Shown here: piece by piece, positions 1 through 7,684 of the stretch | Layout: every line of letters starts with the position of its first letter | Numbering within the stretch: position 1 is the first letter of the stretch | Source: Bacteroidota bacterium | GTDB lineage: Bacteria; Bacteroidota; Ignavibacteria; UBA10030; UBA8401 | Reading direction: 5' to 3' | NCBI GenBank assembly: GCA_030824295.1 | Contig: JAVBYA010000057.1 | Span: 1 to 34,117, forward strand | Length of the DNA stretch: 34,117 bases | Notes under the pieces: model-generated | The model's input: the letters and a program-made list of their open reading frames with translations, nothing else | Told to the model about the DNA's origin: nothing | Databases searched by the model: none | Program-made: the position numbers and the translations under genes

Positions 1-413
1 CTGAATGCTGTTGTCAACGCCCGTACTTTGTGTTTTCGTTTTATGGTTTCTCGGATGATAGGGTATGCCGGATCTTCGCCATCGACAATCACTTCCGCCA
101 ACTGGACCGCATTAGGGGTCAGAACAATATCTATGCGTTCGGCTTGCTTCAAGTCGACAGTGCGTGCTTGTGCTTCAAAACCTACATATGAGAATCGTAA
201 TTTATAGATACCTTTAGACAATGATATTCGATATTCACCCTCAGAGTTGGACACTGTACCGATCTGAGTTCCAACAATGCGGATACTGGCGAATGGCAAT
301 TGTTTTCCCGCCTCATCTCTGATTGTTCCACTTATCGTAGCGGTAGAATCTTGAGACAGCATTGATTGACTCAAGAGAAAAAGATATAGAAACCACATCA
401 GATGATCTTTCAT
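1..413 (-). CDS. Carboxypeptidase-regulatory-like domain / probable DUF5686 outer-membrane protein (5' part only; runs off the left edge)
   Basis: Not in the ORF track; my own translation from ATG at 413 is open to the edge: MKDHLMWFLYLFLLSQSMLSQDSTATISGTIRDEAGKQLPFASIRIVGTQIGTVSNSEGEYRISLSKGIYKLRFSYVGFE...QLAEVIVDGEDPAYPIIRETIKRK. It shows a signal peptide, the CarboxypepD_reg-like pattern (G.I.D..G..LPFA...GT.SN.EG.Y...FSYVG) and the 'EDPAY.IIR' linker I associate with DUF5686 proteins. Confidence 0.8.
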   Translation of the reverse strand, partial: MKDHLMWFLYLFLLSQSMLSQDSTATISGTIRDEAGKQLPFASIRIVGTQIGTVSNSEGEYRISLSKGIYKLRFSYVGFEAQARTVDLKQAERIDIVLTPNAVQLAEVIVDGEDPAYPIIRETIKRKHKVRALTTAF

Positions 414-426
414 AGGCGTAATACTA

Positions 427-448
427 AAGGGCCGACTCAACGGCCCTT
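427..448 (-). terminator. Hairpin between the precursor gene and the DUF5686-like gene (weak terminator or mRNA stabiliser)
   Basis: On the minus strand AAGGGCCG-TTGAGT-CGGCCCTT, an 8-bp perfect stem with only a short U tail. Confidence 0.5.
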
Positions 449-479
449 CCTTTGTCATAGTTCTTTAATTGTGTATTTG

Positions 480-749
480 TTAGAGCGTCATACAGAGGAT
501 ACCAAATATTGCACACGCGGCGACTCCGAACCACGACAGCACCATCGTGAAGCAAAGAGTGGTGAAATGAATACATTCAACCGTTTCGACAGCATCCCCT
601 CCCCTGATACTCTGCATCTCGTCGGCGCTCAATGACACTCCCTGTTCGATCTGCACGTTCGCATCCATTGCCTGCGTCCGCGCGAGCGTTGTCTCGCCGA
701 CGAACAGCAGCCCAAGGAACAGCAAAAGAAATCCAAACGTCTTTTTCAT
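480..749 (-). CDS. Secreted double-glycine-leader precursor peptide (bacteriocin/RiPP-like) with a (C-x6-C)2 core
   Basis: RBS AAGGA before the ATG; Sec-type signal MKKTFGFLLLFLGLLFVGETTLA; leader motif LSADEMQSIRGG; 38-aa core with Cys59/66/79/86; adjacent to a C39 peptidase. Confidence 0.8.
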   Translation of the reverse strand: MKKTFGFLLLFLGLLFVGETTLARTQAMDANVQIEQGVSLSADEMQSIRGGDAVETVECIHFTTLCFTMVLSWFGVAACAIFGILCMTL

Positions 750-901
750 GGTTGTCCTTTTTGAAATAGTGATGAATGGGTTGTTTAGTCCCTCCTCACC
801 GCTGTCCGTCCGATGGTGTCATATCCGTGCGGGGTGCGGGGACAGGCCGCATCCAACACAGCTACGAGTGACCGCCGAACCGGTGAGTCAGGGTTGATTA
901 T

Positions 902-1474
902 TCAATGCCGGAAGATGAGCGTTTCACCGCTCCATCGTTCCTTGAACCGCGCTTCCGGGACCGCCAGACGGCCCACTCCGGGGTCGCGCAGATACACGGT
1001 GTGCCGGACGATACTGTCCACAACGACGAAATGGGATCGGTCGACGAACGCCAGCGCGGGGAGCGGTCCGGTGCGAAGATCATCAAAGGCGAGCTTCCAC
1101 CCTTCCGCATCCACTCCATACCGTTCTGCAGCATCCTTCAGCGCCAGCATCGACGCACCATCCTCCGTCAGCGGGATGCCGGATTCCAGTTCCTGCAATG
1201 GAACGTTCGTGCCGCGGCTTGATAACACCATCTTCAATGCGCTGGGGCCGCAGTTGTTCCGCGTAGTCTGCAGCACGACGCCGTCCCGCCCCAGATACTC
1301 CGTATCATTGAACAGCGACGTGAGTCGGATGTGGGAGCCGGGAACAGCGAGGAACCAGGCCCAGCCGACAGCGGCAAGAACGAAAAGAAATACTAAGAGA
1401 TGTTTCACGGTGATCCGGATCGGGGATGTTCTGTTCACGAATGCGCGGAGCTGTTTCTTCCCAATGTAATCCAT
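902..1474 (-). CDS. Stand-alone C39 family cysteine peptidase with an N-terminal membrane anchor
   Basis: Motifs LQTTRNNCGPSAL (Gln/Cys), SMLALKDAAERYG, HFVVVD (His) and LRDPGVG (Asp); no ABC domains. Start placed at the ATG at 1474 behind GAGGGGG; hydrophobic segment HLLVFLFVLAAVGWAWFLAV. Confidence 0.88.
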   Translation of the reverse strand: MDYIGKKQLRAFVNRTSPIRITVKHLLVFLFVLAAVGWAWFLAVPGSHIRLTSLFNDTEYLGRDGVVLQTTRNNCGPSALKMVLSSRGTNVPLQELESGIPLTEDGASMLALKDAAERYGVDAEGWKLAFDDLRTGPLPALAFVDRSHFVVVDSIVRHTVYLRDPGVGRLAVPEARFKERWSGETLIFRH

Positions 1475-1540
1475 CACCCCCCTCTTTGTCACGGAAAAAG
1501 CATTGTCCATTGAGGTCGGCGAACGATTGGCGGATGGGGA

Positions 1541-1579
1541 GAAAACGGCGATGCCATGACCGGACGGCCATGGCATCGC
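1541..1579 (-). terminator. Intrinsic terminator after DPP III (member of a repeated hairpin family)
   Basis: On the minus strand GCGATGCCATGGCCG-TC-CGGTCATGGCATCGC followed by CGTTTTCT. Confidence 0.7.
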
Positions 1580-1602
1580 AAGAGAGGGAGCAAGAGGGGT
1601 GG

Positions 1603-3696
1603 TTACTTCAGTTTGAGCGTCGTGCGGGCCTTCGCCTTCTCCTCTTTCGTGAAGGCGGAGTATTCGAGCATCTGTTTGCCGAGGTCGAGCGGGTAGACGA
1701 CCTTCACATCGGTCACTTTGCCTTTGGCATCCGTCACCGGTTCCAGCTTCGGCATGACGAATCCCACGTACACGGCGCGGTCCAGTTTCTCCATGCGGGA
1801 CAATACTTCATCACGCAGTGCTGTGTCGATCTTGAATCCGTACGTATCGATGAGCGTCTTCGCCGCCGCCAGGTCCCCTTCGGATTTGATCCGCTGCACT
1901 TCCGCCAGCAGCCGTCCCACGCCGTCGCGCATCTTCTCGAAGCTCGTCACGCGGAAGTAGGTCTTCCCCTCCTTCGTTGTCCGTTCGATGCAGTCTGCAT
2001 TCTTCCAGAGCCAGTGGATGATCATCTGGCGGTTCTTCATATGGTCCTCTTCCAGCTGGTCTTGTCCTTTCGGTACACGCTGCAGCTGTACGAGCGCGGA
2101 GTTCCGCACCTCTTTGGTGTACATCGCCTTCACGATATCCATCGTGTTGGGGATGATGCCGATCTCGACGAGCTTCGGGTCCCAGATATGATAGAGCGCC
2201 ACAAGGTCGGCGCGCGCTTCCTCCAGCGTGGAGTAATAGCCGGGGAGGGCCGCCTGCGGATCGACCGTGAGGGAGGGCGAGACCTTGCCGGAGGCATGGC
2301 CGAGCACTTCGTGGAGCGCAGTGTGCATATTGTCCGCCAGTGAACCGTACTTCTCGGAGAGCATCATCTCTTCTTCGTCGTACGCGAACTCCTTCAGGAT
2401 ATCCTTCCCGCCGGTCTTCTCGTACGCATCGACGATATTGAAGAGCGTCACCGATTTACTGCCGTGCAGTTCGCGTACATCCTGTTCGTTCGGCAGATTG
2501 ATGCCGATGGCGCTGACCGGTCCGGCGTCGCCCGTCTCCACCACCACGTTAATGACGGTGTACTTCAGCGGTTTCACATCCGCTTTCCTGTACTTCGCAT
2601 CCCACGGCATGCGGTCCTCGAAGTACTGGGCGTTGGTCCCGACCTTCTGGAAGAGTTCCGTCAGTTCCGGATTGGCGAAATTCACGACCGATTCGAACTG
2701 TCCTTTGGCTCCGCGTGCATCCAGATAGACCTCGATGAAGCCGTGGATCATATCCACCTGCGACTCCGTCTCCTTCACCCAGCCGATGTTGTACTCGCGC
2801 CAGTCGTTCAGGTCCCCCGTGCGGTAGAAGGTGATGAGCTTATCGAGATTCGCTGCCTGGCGTTTGTTGGAAGCGTACGCTTTCGCCTTCTCCAGATAAC
2901 CGATCGCCACCTGCAGGTCCTCGGCATACATGCCGGCAGGGATCTTCCCGCCGAGATGTGTGTTGCCGGTGCGATAGACCTTTTCGACGATCGTTCCGTT
3001 CTCCTTCACCACTTTGGAATTGAGCGGGTTCTTCTCATTCCCGGCCTTCGCCCATGCATCCACTTCGGCGAATGTGACCCCTTCATAATTATTGTTGGCG
3101 CTGCCGGCGATCATATCCTCCCCCGGCGTCTTGTTGGTCTGTACCGGTTCGAATGATCTGTCGAAGATGGAACGGCGGAGACGATCCAATTTTTGATCGA
3201 TGGTCTCACCCCTGGTCAACGTGACCGATGCGCCGTTGAAGATGGCCGCTTTCACCGCAAGGGAGAATTGTTCCGGAGTGAAGAGCGGGACGAACTTGCG
3301 GGAGGTGATGTTGTCGTACTGCGAGTTGTTCACCCAGAAGAGTTTCGTATAGAGAACGAACTGCTCCATCACGGCAGGGTCGATCCCTTTGGGATGCGTG
3401 TACACCGCTTCGAGCAGCTCGCGGATCTCCAGTGCGTGACGGTGGCGCTGGTCCACCGCGATATCCCGCGCGGCGATGGCGGACTTGTACAGATAGTAGG
3501 TGAAGATCTTCTCCTTCGCGGAGAGCTTCTCGAATCCGTCCGCATAGAGCTGGACGATGCGCACCGGGCCGACGTCGCCCATCTGCAGTTTCTCGATCGT
3601 GTATTGTCGTTCCATAAGGTTCGGCTGGGTTGGTTTGTCCTTGTGCTGTGCGCTGAGTGCGGTGATCATGATCAGTGTGAGTATGAATGCTTTCAT
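1603..3696 (-). CDS. Dipeptidyl peptidase III (peptidase M49), exported
   Basis: Hexapeptide zinc motif HEVLGH, EEARAD motif, GFIEVY.D.RG.KG.FE and IGINLPN; N-terminal signal peptide. Confidence 0.93.
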   Translation of the reverse strand: MKAFILTLIMITALSAQHKDKPTQPNLMERQYTIEKLQMGDVGPVRIVQLYADGFEKLSAKEKIFTYYLYKSAIAARDIAVDQRHRHALEIRELLEAVYTHPKGIDPAVMEQFVLYTKLFWVNNSQYDNITSRKFVPLFTPEQFSLAVKAAIFNGASVTLTRGETIDQKLDRLRRSIFDRSFEPVQTNKTPGEDMIAGSANNNYEGVTFAEVDAWAKAGNEKNPLNSKVVKENGTIVEKVYRTGNTHLGGKIPAGMYAEDLQVAIGYLEKAKAYASNKRQAANLDKLITFYRTGDLNDWREYNIGWVKETESQVDMIHGFIEVYLDARGAKGQFESVVNFANPELTELFQKVGTNAQYFEDRMPWDAKYRKADVKPLKYTVINVVVETGDAGPVSAIGINLPNEQDVRELHGSKSVTLFNIVDAYEKTGGKDILKEFAYDEEEMMLSEKYGSLADNMHTALHEVLGHASGKVSPSLTVDPQAALPGYYSTLEEARADLVALYHIWDPKLVEIGIIPNTMDIVKAMYTKEVRNSALVQLQRVPKGQDQLEEDHMKNRQMIIHWLWKNADCIERTTKEGKTYFRVTSFEKMRDGVGRLLAEVQRIKSEGDLAAAKTLIDTYGFKIDTALRDEVLSRMEKLDRAVYVGFVMPKLEPVTDAKGKVTDVKVVYPLDLGKQMLEYSAFTKEEKAKARTTLKLK

Positions 3697-3723
3697 CGTT
3701 GCTCCGTGATAAATTTGTGCATC

Positions 3724-3752
3724 AAAGTAGGGAGAGATTGATGGAAATGCAA
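3724..3752 (-). promoter_or_regulatory. Sigma70-type promoter for DPP III
   Basis: On the minus strand TTGCAT-17 bp-TACTTT, ending 27 bp upstream of the ATG. Confidence 0.55.
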
Positions 3753-3909
3753 TTGATGATTGTCACCCATCCTATTCCCACTTTCGCAAGAGACCGGAAG
3801 TAATTTCCCAACTCTAAAAAATCGGACCGTCAAATCCTTAAGATTTTTAGCGGAGGAACTCGGCACATAAATGGCTATTAGAATGGAAGGTTTATTATCC
3901 CGGACAATC

Positions 3910-5040
3910 ATGGTACAATCCTCCATCAAGATACGCACCGGCAATCAGATGATCGCCGAAGGTGCACTGCATGCCGGCTGTCAGTTCTTCGCCGGATATC
4001 CCATCACGCCTGCATCGGGTGTGTACAAAGCGATGATCGAACAGCTGCCGCAGCGCAGCGGTGTTGCCATCTCCGCACCGGACGAGATCTCCGCCCTCGC
4101 GTACTGCGTCGGCGCATCGGGCCGCGGCGTGAAAGCGATGACCGCCTCCTCCGGTCCCGGCTGGTCGCTGATGATCGAAACGGTGCAGTATGCTCTGATG
4201 ACGGAACTCCCGGTGGTGATCGCGCTCGTACAGCGGCTCGGACCGAGCACCGGCGGCGCCACGCAGAACGGTCAAGCGGACATCCTCTTCACCGAGTTCT
4301 GCACCTCCGGCGGATATACCATTCCCATCTTCGCTCCGAGCACTCCGCAGGAATGCTACGAAGTAGCGACCATCGCATTCCATTGGGCCGAACAGCTGCG
4401 GACGCCGGTGATCATCCTCTCCGATAAAGAGGTCGGCATGATGTCCGAGGATGTCGATTTCGCACAGCTCAAAGGGGTGCCGCCGTCCGAGCGGGCATTG
4501 TTCCGCGGCGGCAACGGTGCACAGCATCTCACGTACGATTTCACGGAACTCTCCGATGTGCCGCTCTTCGCCCCTGTCGGCGGTGAGGACAAGGTCACCA
4601 TGACCGGTTCGGCGCACGATAAAAAAGGAACGCTGCAGAAGAATTCCAAAGAGACGATCGACGTGCTGATCCATCTGCAGTCGAAGATCGATGCCCGGAA
4701 GGAAGCGATGTCCATCGTCCGCGTGGACGATGCCGGTCCGGCCGACACGCTCGTCATCAGTTTCGGCATCACTGCACGCACGGCGCGGGAAGCGGTCCGC
4801 CGCGCCCGGCAGGCAGGAAAGAAAGTGCGGAGTGCCAATGTGATCTCCCTCTTCCCCGTCCCGGAACAGGCGCTGATCGAAGCAGCCGCGGGAGTGAAAC
4901 GGGTAGTGGTCGCGGAAGAGAACATGACGGGACAGTACCGGAGCGTCATCCGCTCCCTCTTCCCGCAGACGGAGATCGTCGGCGTGAACACCATCGGCAC
5001 GATGATCACCCCGAACGACATTTTGAACGGACTATTATAA
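3910..5040 (+). CDS. 2-oxoacid:ferredoxin oxidoreductase alpha subunit (KorA/VorA-like, no N-terminal gamma domain)
   Basis: GNQMIAEGA, FFAGYPITP, DEISAL, TASSGPG.SLM.E and QRLGPSTG motifs, plus a C-terminal transketolase-like domain (VVVAEEN). Start chosen at ATG 3910; the ORF track starts at 3871. Confidence 0.9.
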   Translation: MVQSSIKIRTGNQMIAEGALHAGCQFFAGYPITPASGVYKAMIEQLPQRSGVAISAPDEISALAYCVGASGRGVKAMTASSGPGWSLMIETVQYALMTELPVVIALVQRLGPSTGGATQNGQADILFTEFCTSGGYTIPIFAPSTPQECYEVATIAFHWAEQLRTPVIILSDKEVGMMSEDVDFAQLKGVPPSERALFRGGNGAQHLTYDFTELSDVPLFAPVGGEDKVTMTGSAHDKKGTLQKNSKETIDVLIHLQSKIDARKEAMSIVRVDDAGPADTLVISFGITARTAREAVRRARQAGKKVRSANVISLFPVPEQALIEAAAGVKRVVVAEENMTGQYRSVIRSLFPQTEIVGVNTIGTMITPNDILNGLL

Positions 5041-5057
5041 GGACGCGCGAACGCATC

Positions 5058-6386
5058 ATGGAAGAGACACTGCAGAGGAATACATTCACCAAAGAGGCCG
5101 CGGTCTTCCCGTTCTGTAAAGGGTGCGGACATCATCACTATGTGAAGCATCTGGACGAAGCGTTCGTCTCCTTGCAGCTTGACCCGAAACAGGTCTGCAT
5201 CGTCAGCGACATCGGCTGCATCGGCATCCTGGATTCGCTCTTCGCTGAACCGCATACGTTCCACACCACACACGGACGTTCCACCGCGTTCGCCACCGGC
5301 ATCGCCCTGGCGGACGGCATCCTGCACGACGCGAAGCTCAAGACCGTGGTGGTGATCGGCGACGGCGGTGCAACGATCGGTCTGCTCCATCTGGTGAACG
5401 CTGCGCTGATGAACATCAACGTCACGGTGGTCCTCGCCAACAATTTCCTCTACGGGATGACCGGCGGACAGCATTCGCAGTTCTCACCGCTGGAGTTCGT
5501 CACCCCGACCACGCCGGCCGGCAACATCGTTCCGCCGATGGACATCTGCGCCATCATGAAGAGCTGCGGCGCCACGTACATCCGCCAGGCAGCGGCAACG
5601 GACAAGAATCTCGGCACCATCATCGCAGATGCCATCGCACATCCCGGGTTCGCCATCGTGGAAGTGCTGGAGCTCTGCACCGAGTGGGCCACACCCTTCA
5701 ACAAGATCGACGGGAAGATGCTCAACGGTTCCGTCCACCAGGAGGATTCCGGCGGAGCAGCGGAGCGGAAGGATTTCTCATCCCTCTATAAAGAGAAGGT
5801 GCTCGGCGCACCGAAGAAGAGCATCGATGACACCATCATTCCGCATTTCACCTCCACGCTGAACGGAACACGCCGCATCGTCCTGGCGGGAACGGCCGGC
5901 GAGAAGGTACAGCTGGCGTCGTTCCTCTATATGAAGTCCGCCATTGCCAGCGGTCTGCACGCCACGCAGAAGAACGACAATCCGGTCACGCAGGGCTCGG
6001 GATTCTCGCTGTCGGAACTATGCGTAAGCAATGAAGAGATCCTCTTCACCGGCATCGACCGGCCGGATGCGGTGATCATCGCATCGGCGGACGGATTGAA
6101 GGAAGTGCGGGCGAACGGCACGCTCGCGCGCTGCACACCGGATTCCATCGTCGTGGCAGAGCAAACGCTGCCGGAGTTCGAATGTTCCGGGAAGGTCTCC
6201 CGCCTGCCGCTCCGCGCGGTCTGCACCGGCAGCCGCGCTGCATTGAGTGCGCTTGCAGCACTGAACATGGCCAAAGGCTGGGTATCGCAGGATGCCCTGT
6301 GGGAGATGATCGACGCTAAATTCAAGGAAAAAGGAGCGGCCTTCCACCGCGATATCGAAGCGCTGTTGCCGTTCATCAAAATATAG
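5058..6386 (+). CDS. 2-oxoacid:ferredoxin oxidoreductase beta subunit fused to a C-terminal gamma-like domain
   Basis: FCKGCGH, DIGC, HTTHGR, TPP motif GDG...NN..YGMTGGQ.S and LELC; then IVLAGTAGEKVQ...TQGSGFSLSEL...PDAVII, which resembles a POR gamma domain. Confidence 0.88.
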   Translation: MEETLQRNTFTKEAAVFPFCKGCGHHHYVKHLDEAFVSLQLDPKQVCIVSDIGCIGILDSLFAEPHTFHTTHGRSTAFATGIALADGILHDAKLKTVVVIGDGGATIGLLHLVNAALMNINVTVVLANNFLYGMTGGQHSQFSPLEFVTPTTPAGNIVPPMDICAIMKSCGATYIRQAAATDKNLGTIIADAIAHPGFAIVEVLELCTEWATPFNKIDGKMLNGSVHQEDSGGAAERKDFSSLYKEKVLGAPKKSIDDTIIPHFTSTLNGTRRIVLAGTAGEKVQLASFLYMKSAIASGLHATQKNDNPVTQGSGFSLSELCVSNEEILFTGIDRPDAVIIASADGLKEVRANGTLARCTPDSIVVAEQTLPEFECSGKVSRLPLRAVCTGSRAALSALAALNMAKGWVSQDALWEMIDAKFKEKGAAFHRDIEALLPFIKI

Positions 6387-6409
6387 TCCATCATTTGAAC
6401 GAGGTCCTT

Positions 6410-6640
6410 ATGAACACCATTGAAGATTTCTCCTCCGTCACCGCTGCTCTGGAGCATTTCATCGCCCGTGAGAACGAGACGATCGCGCTGTACGAGCGTT
6501 CGCTCCATTCATTGGGGGATACCATCGTCACGCCGGTGCTGCATCAACTGATCGACGAGCAGCGGCGGCATCGCCTGATGCTCGAAGCGGCGCTGGAAGA
6601 AGTGAATGAACAGTTCGTTCTGGATGAAGCGATCATTTAA
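6410..6640 (+). CDS. Small half-size ferritin/rubrerythrin-like protein
   Basis: RBS GAGG; two-helix pattern E..T..LY ... LIDEQRRH..ML; 76 aa. Confidence 0.65.
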   Translation: MNTIEDFSSVTAALEHFIARENETIALYERSLHSLGDTIVTPVLHQLIDEQRRHRLMLEAALEEVNEQFVLDEAII

Positions 6641-6687
6641 CAGGACGCCGGAATACGCCGGCGCACCATCACACTACGGGAGTACGT

Positions 6688-7122
6688 ATGACCACTACAC
6701 AACAAGAGATCGTCCGCACCACGTTCGCTCAGCTTGCTGAGCACGAGGACCGCGTTGCCGACCTGCTGTACCAGGAACTGTTCCGGCTGGAACCGAGGGC
6801 GCGGGAACTGTTCCGCGGCAATCTGCCCGAACAGCAGAAGAAACTGATGCGGATGCTCCGCATCGCCGTGGAGAATGTCGGCGATCCGTCGCAGCTGCAG
6901 CCGATGCTCTATAATCTGGGGATGATCCACCAGTCCTACGGCATCGAACCGCATCACTTCATTTCGTTCGGGACCGCGCTGCTGCATTCGCTGCGCACGG
7001 TGCTCAAGGAGAAGTTCACGAAAGAAGTGGAAGAGGCATGGCATACCGCCTACCACTATTTCATCCTGACCATGAGCAATTTCCCGCATTCGGACGATCC
7101 GGTGCAGCTCCCGCACAACTGA
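6688..7122 (+). CDS. Single-domain globin (Vitreoscilla Hb / flavohaemoglobin globin-like)
   Basis: LYQELF..P...LF (B10 Tyr, CD1 Phe), EQQKKL (E7 Gln), LGMIHQSYGI..HH (F8 His) and EAW..AY. Confidence 0.92.
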   Translation: MTTTQQEIVRTTFAQLAEHEDRVADLLYQELFRLEPRARELFRGNLPEQQKKLMRMLRIAVENVGDPSQLQPMLYNLGMIHQSYGIEPHHFISFGTALLHSLRTVLKEKFTKEVEEAWHTAYHYFILTMSNFPHSDDPVQLPHN

Positions 7123-7129
7123 ACCTCGC

Positions 7130-7159
7130 CGCCGGCGGGAACGTACGTTCCTGCCGGCG
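7130..7159 (+). terminator. Hairpin ending the OFOR-globin unit
   Basis: CGCCGGCGGGAACGT/ACGTTCCTGCCGGCG inverted repeat (one G-U pair) 7 bp after the globin stop; weak U tail. Confidence 0.55.
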
Positions 7160-7216
7160 CTGTTCTATGTATATGACCGTTGGTGCCGGGGTACCGGCCT
7201 TCTCACTGTTCAGCGC

Positions 7217-7594
7217 ATGAAAAATCTGCTCATCATACCGTTGATGCTCGTCTATCTGACCATGTCGGTCGGACTGACCATCATGCTGCATACCTGCGGC
7301 GGCGAGACCGAGGCGATGGTCGCCACGACCAGCACCGAAGATCCGTGCGGCTGCGGCGAGATGATGCCGGAAGAACGCTGCTGCACCACAGAGATCTCCA
7401 CCGTGAAACTGACCGACGAACAGAAGAGCGCCCCGGTCCCGGCAGAACAGCAATGGACCCTCCTGGGGATCCTTGCCGCTGTACCGGACGCTTCGATGCT
7501 GACCGTCGATCCCATTGTTCCCGTTGTCCATTCCGCCGATCCTCCACCCCCTCCGGACGAGCTTTGTATCGTCCATTCCGTGTTCCGTATCTGA
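7217..7594 (+). CDS. HYC_CC_PP-like Cys/Pro-rich protein
   Basis: N-terminal hydrophobic segment, then HTCGG, CGCG, CC, and a C-terminal PPPP...LCIVHSVFRI; lies upstream of the HMA and TonB receptor genes. Confidence 0.75.
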   Translation: MKNLLIIPLMLVYLTMSVGLTIMLHTCGGETEAMVATTSTEDPCGCGEMMPEERCCTTEISTVKLTDEQKSAPVPAEQQWTLLGILAAVPDASMLTVDPIVPVVHSADPPPPPDELCIVHSVFRI

Positions 7595-7684
7595 GCCACG
7601 GCTGTCGCTGCACAAGAACGACAACCGACGTGCCGTGCTGTACCGGCGTGTCATTCCCCAACTCAGAATTCACAGGAGCACATC

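Noticed and set aside
1475-1576. N-terminal extension of the C39 ORF (track start 1576)
   Set aside because: It runs through the DPP III terminator hairpin; a strong RBS precedes the ATG at 1474.
1603-3696. DPP III as a maturation enzyme trimming dipeptides from the peptide core
   Set aside because: Attractive because it is exported and co-oriented, but a terminator separates it from the C39 gene and nothing else in the sequence supports the link.
6410-6640. Encapsulin cargo ferritin
   Set aside because: No encapsulin gene nearby and no recognisable targeting peptide.
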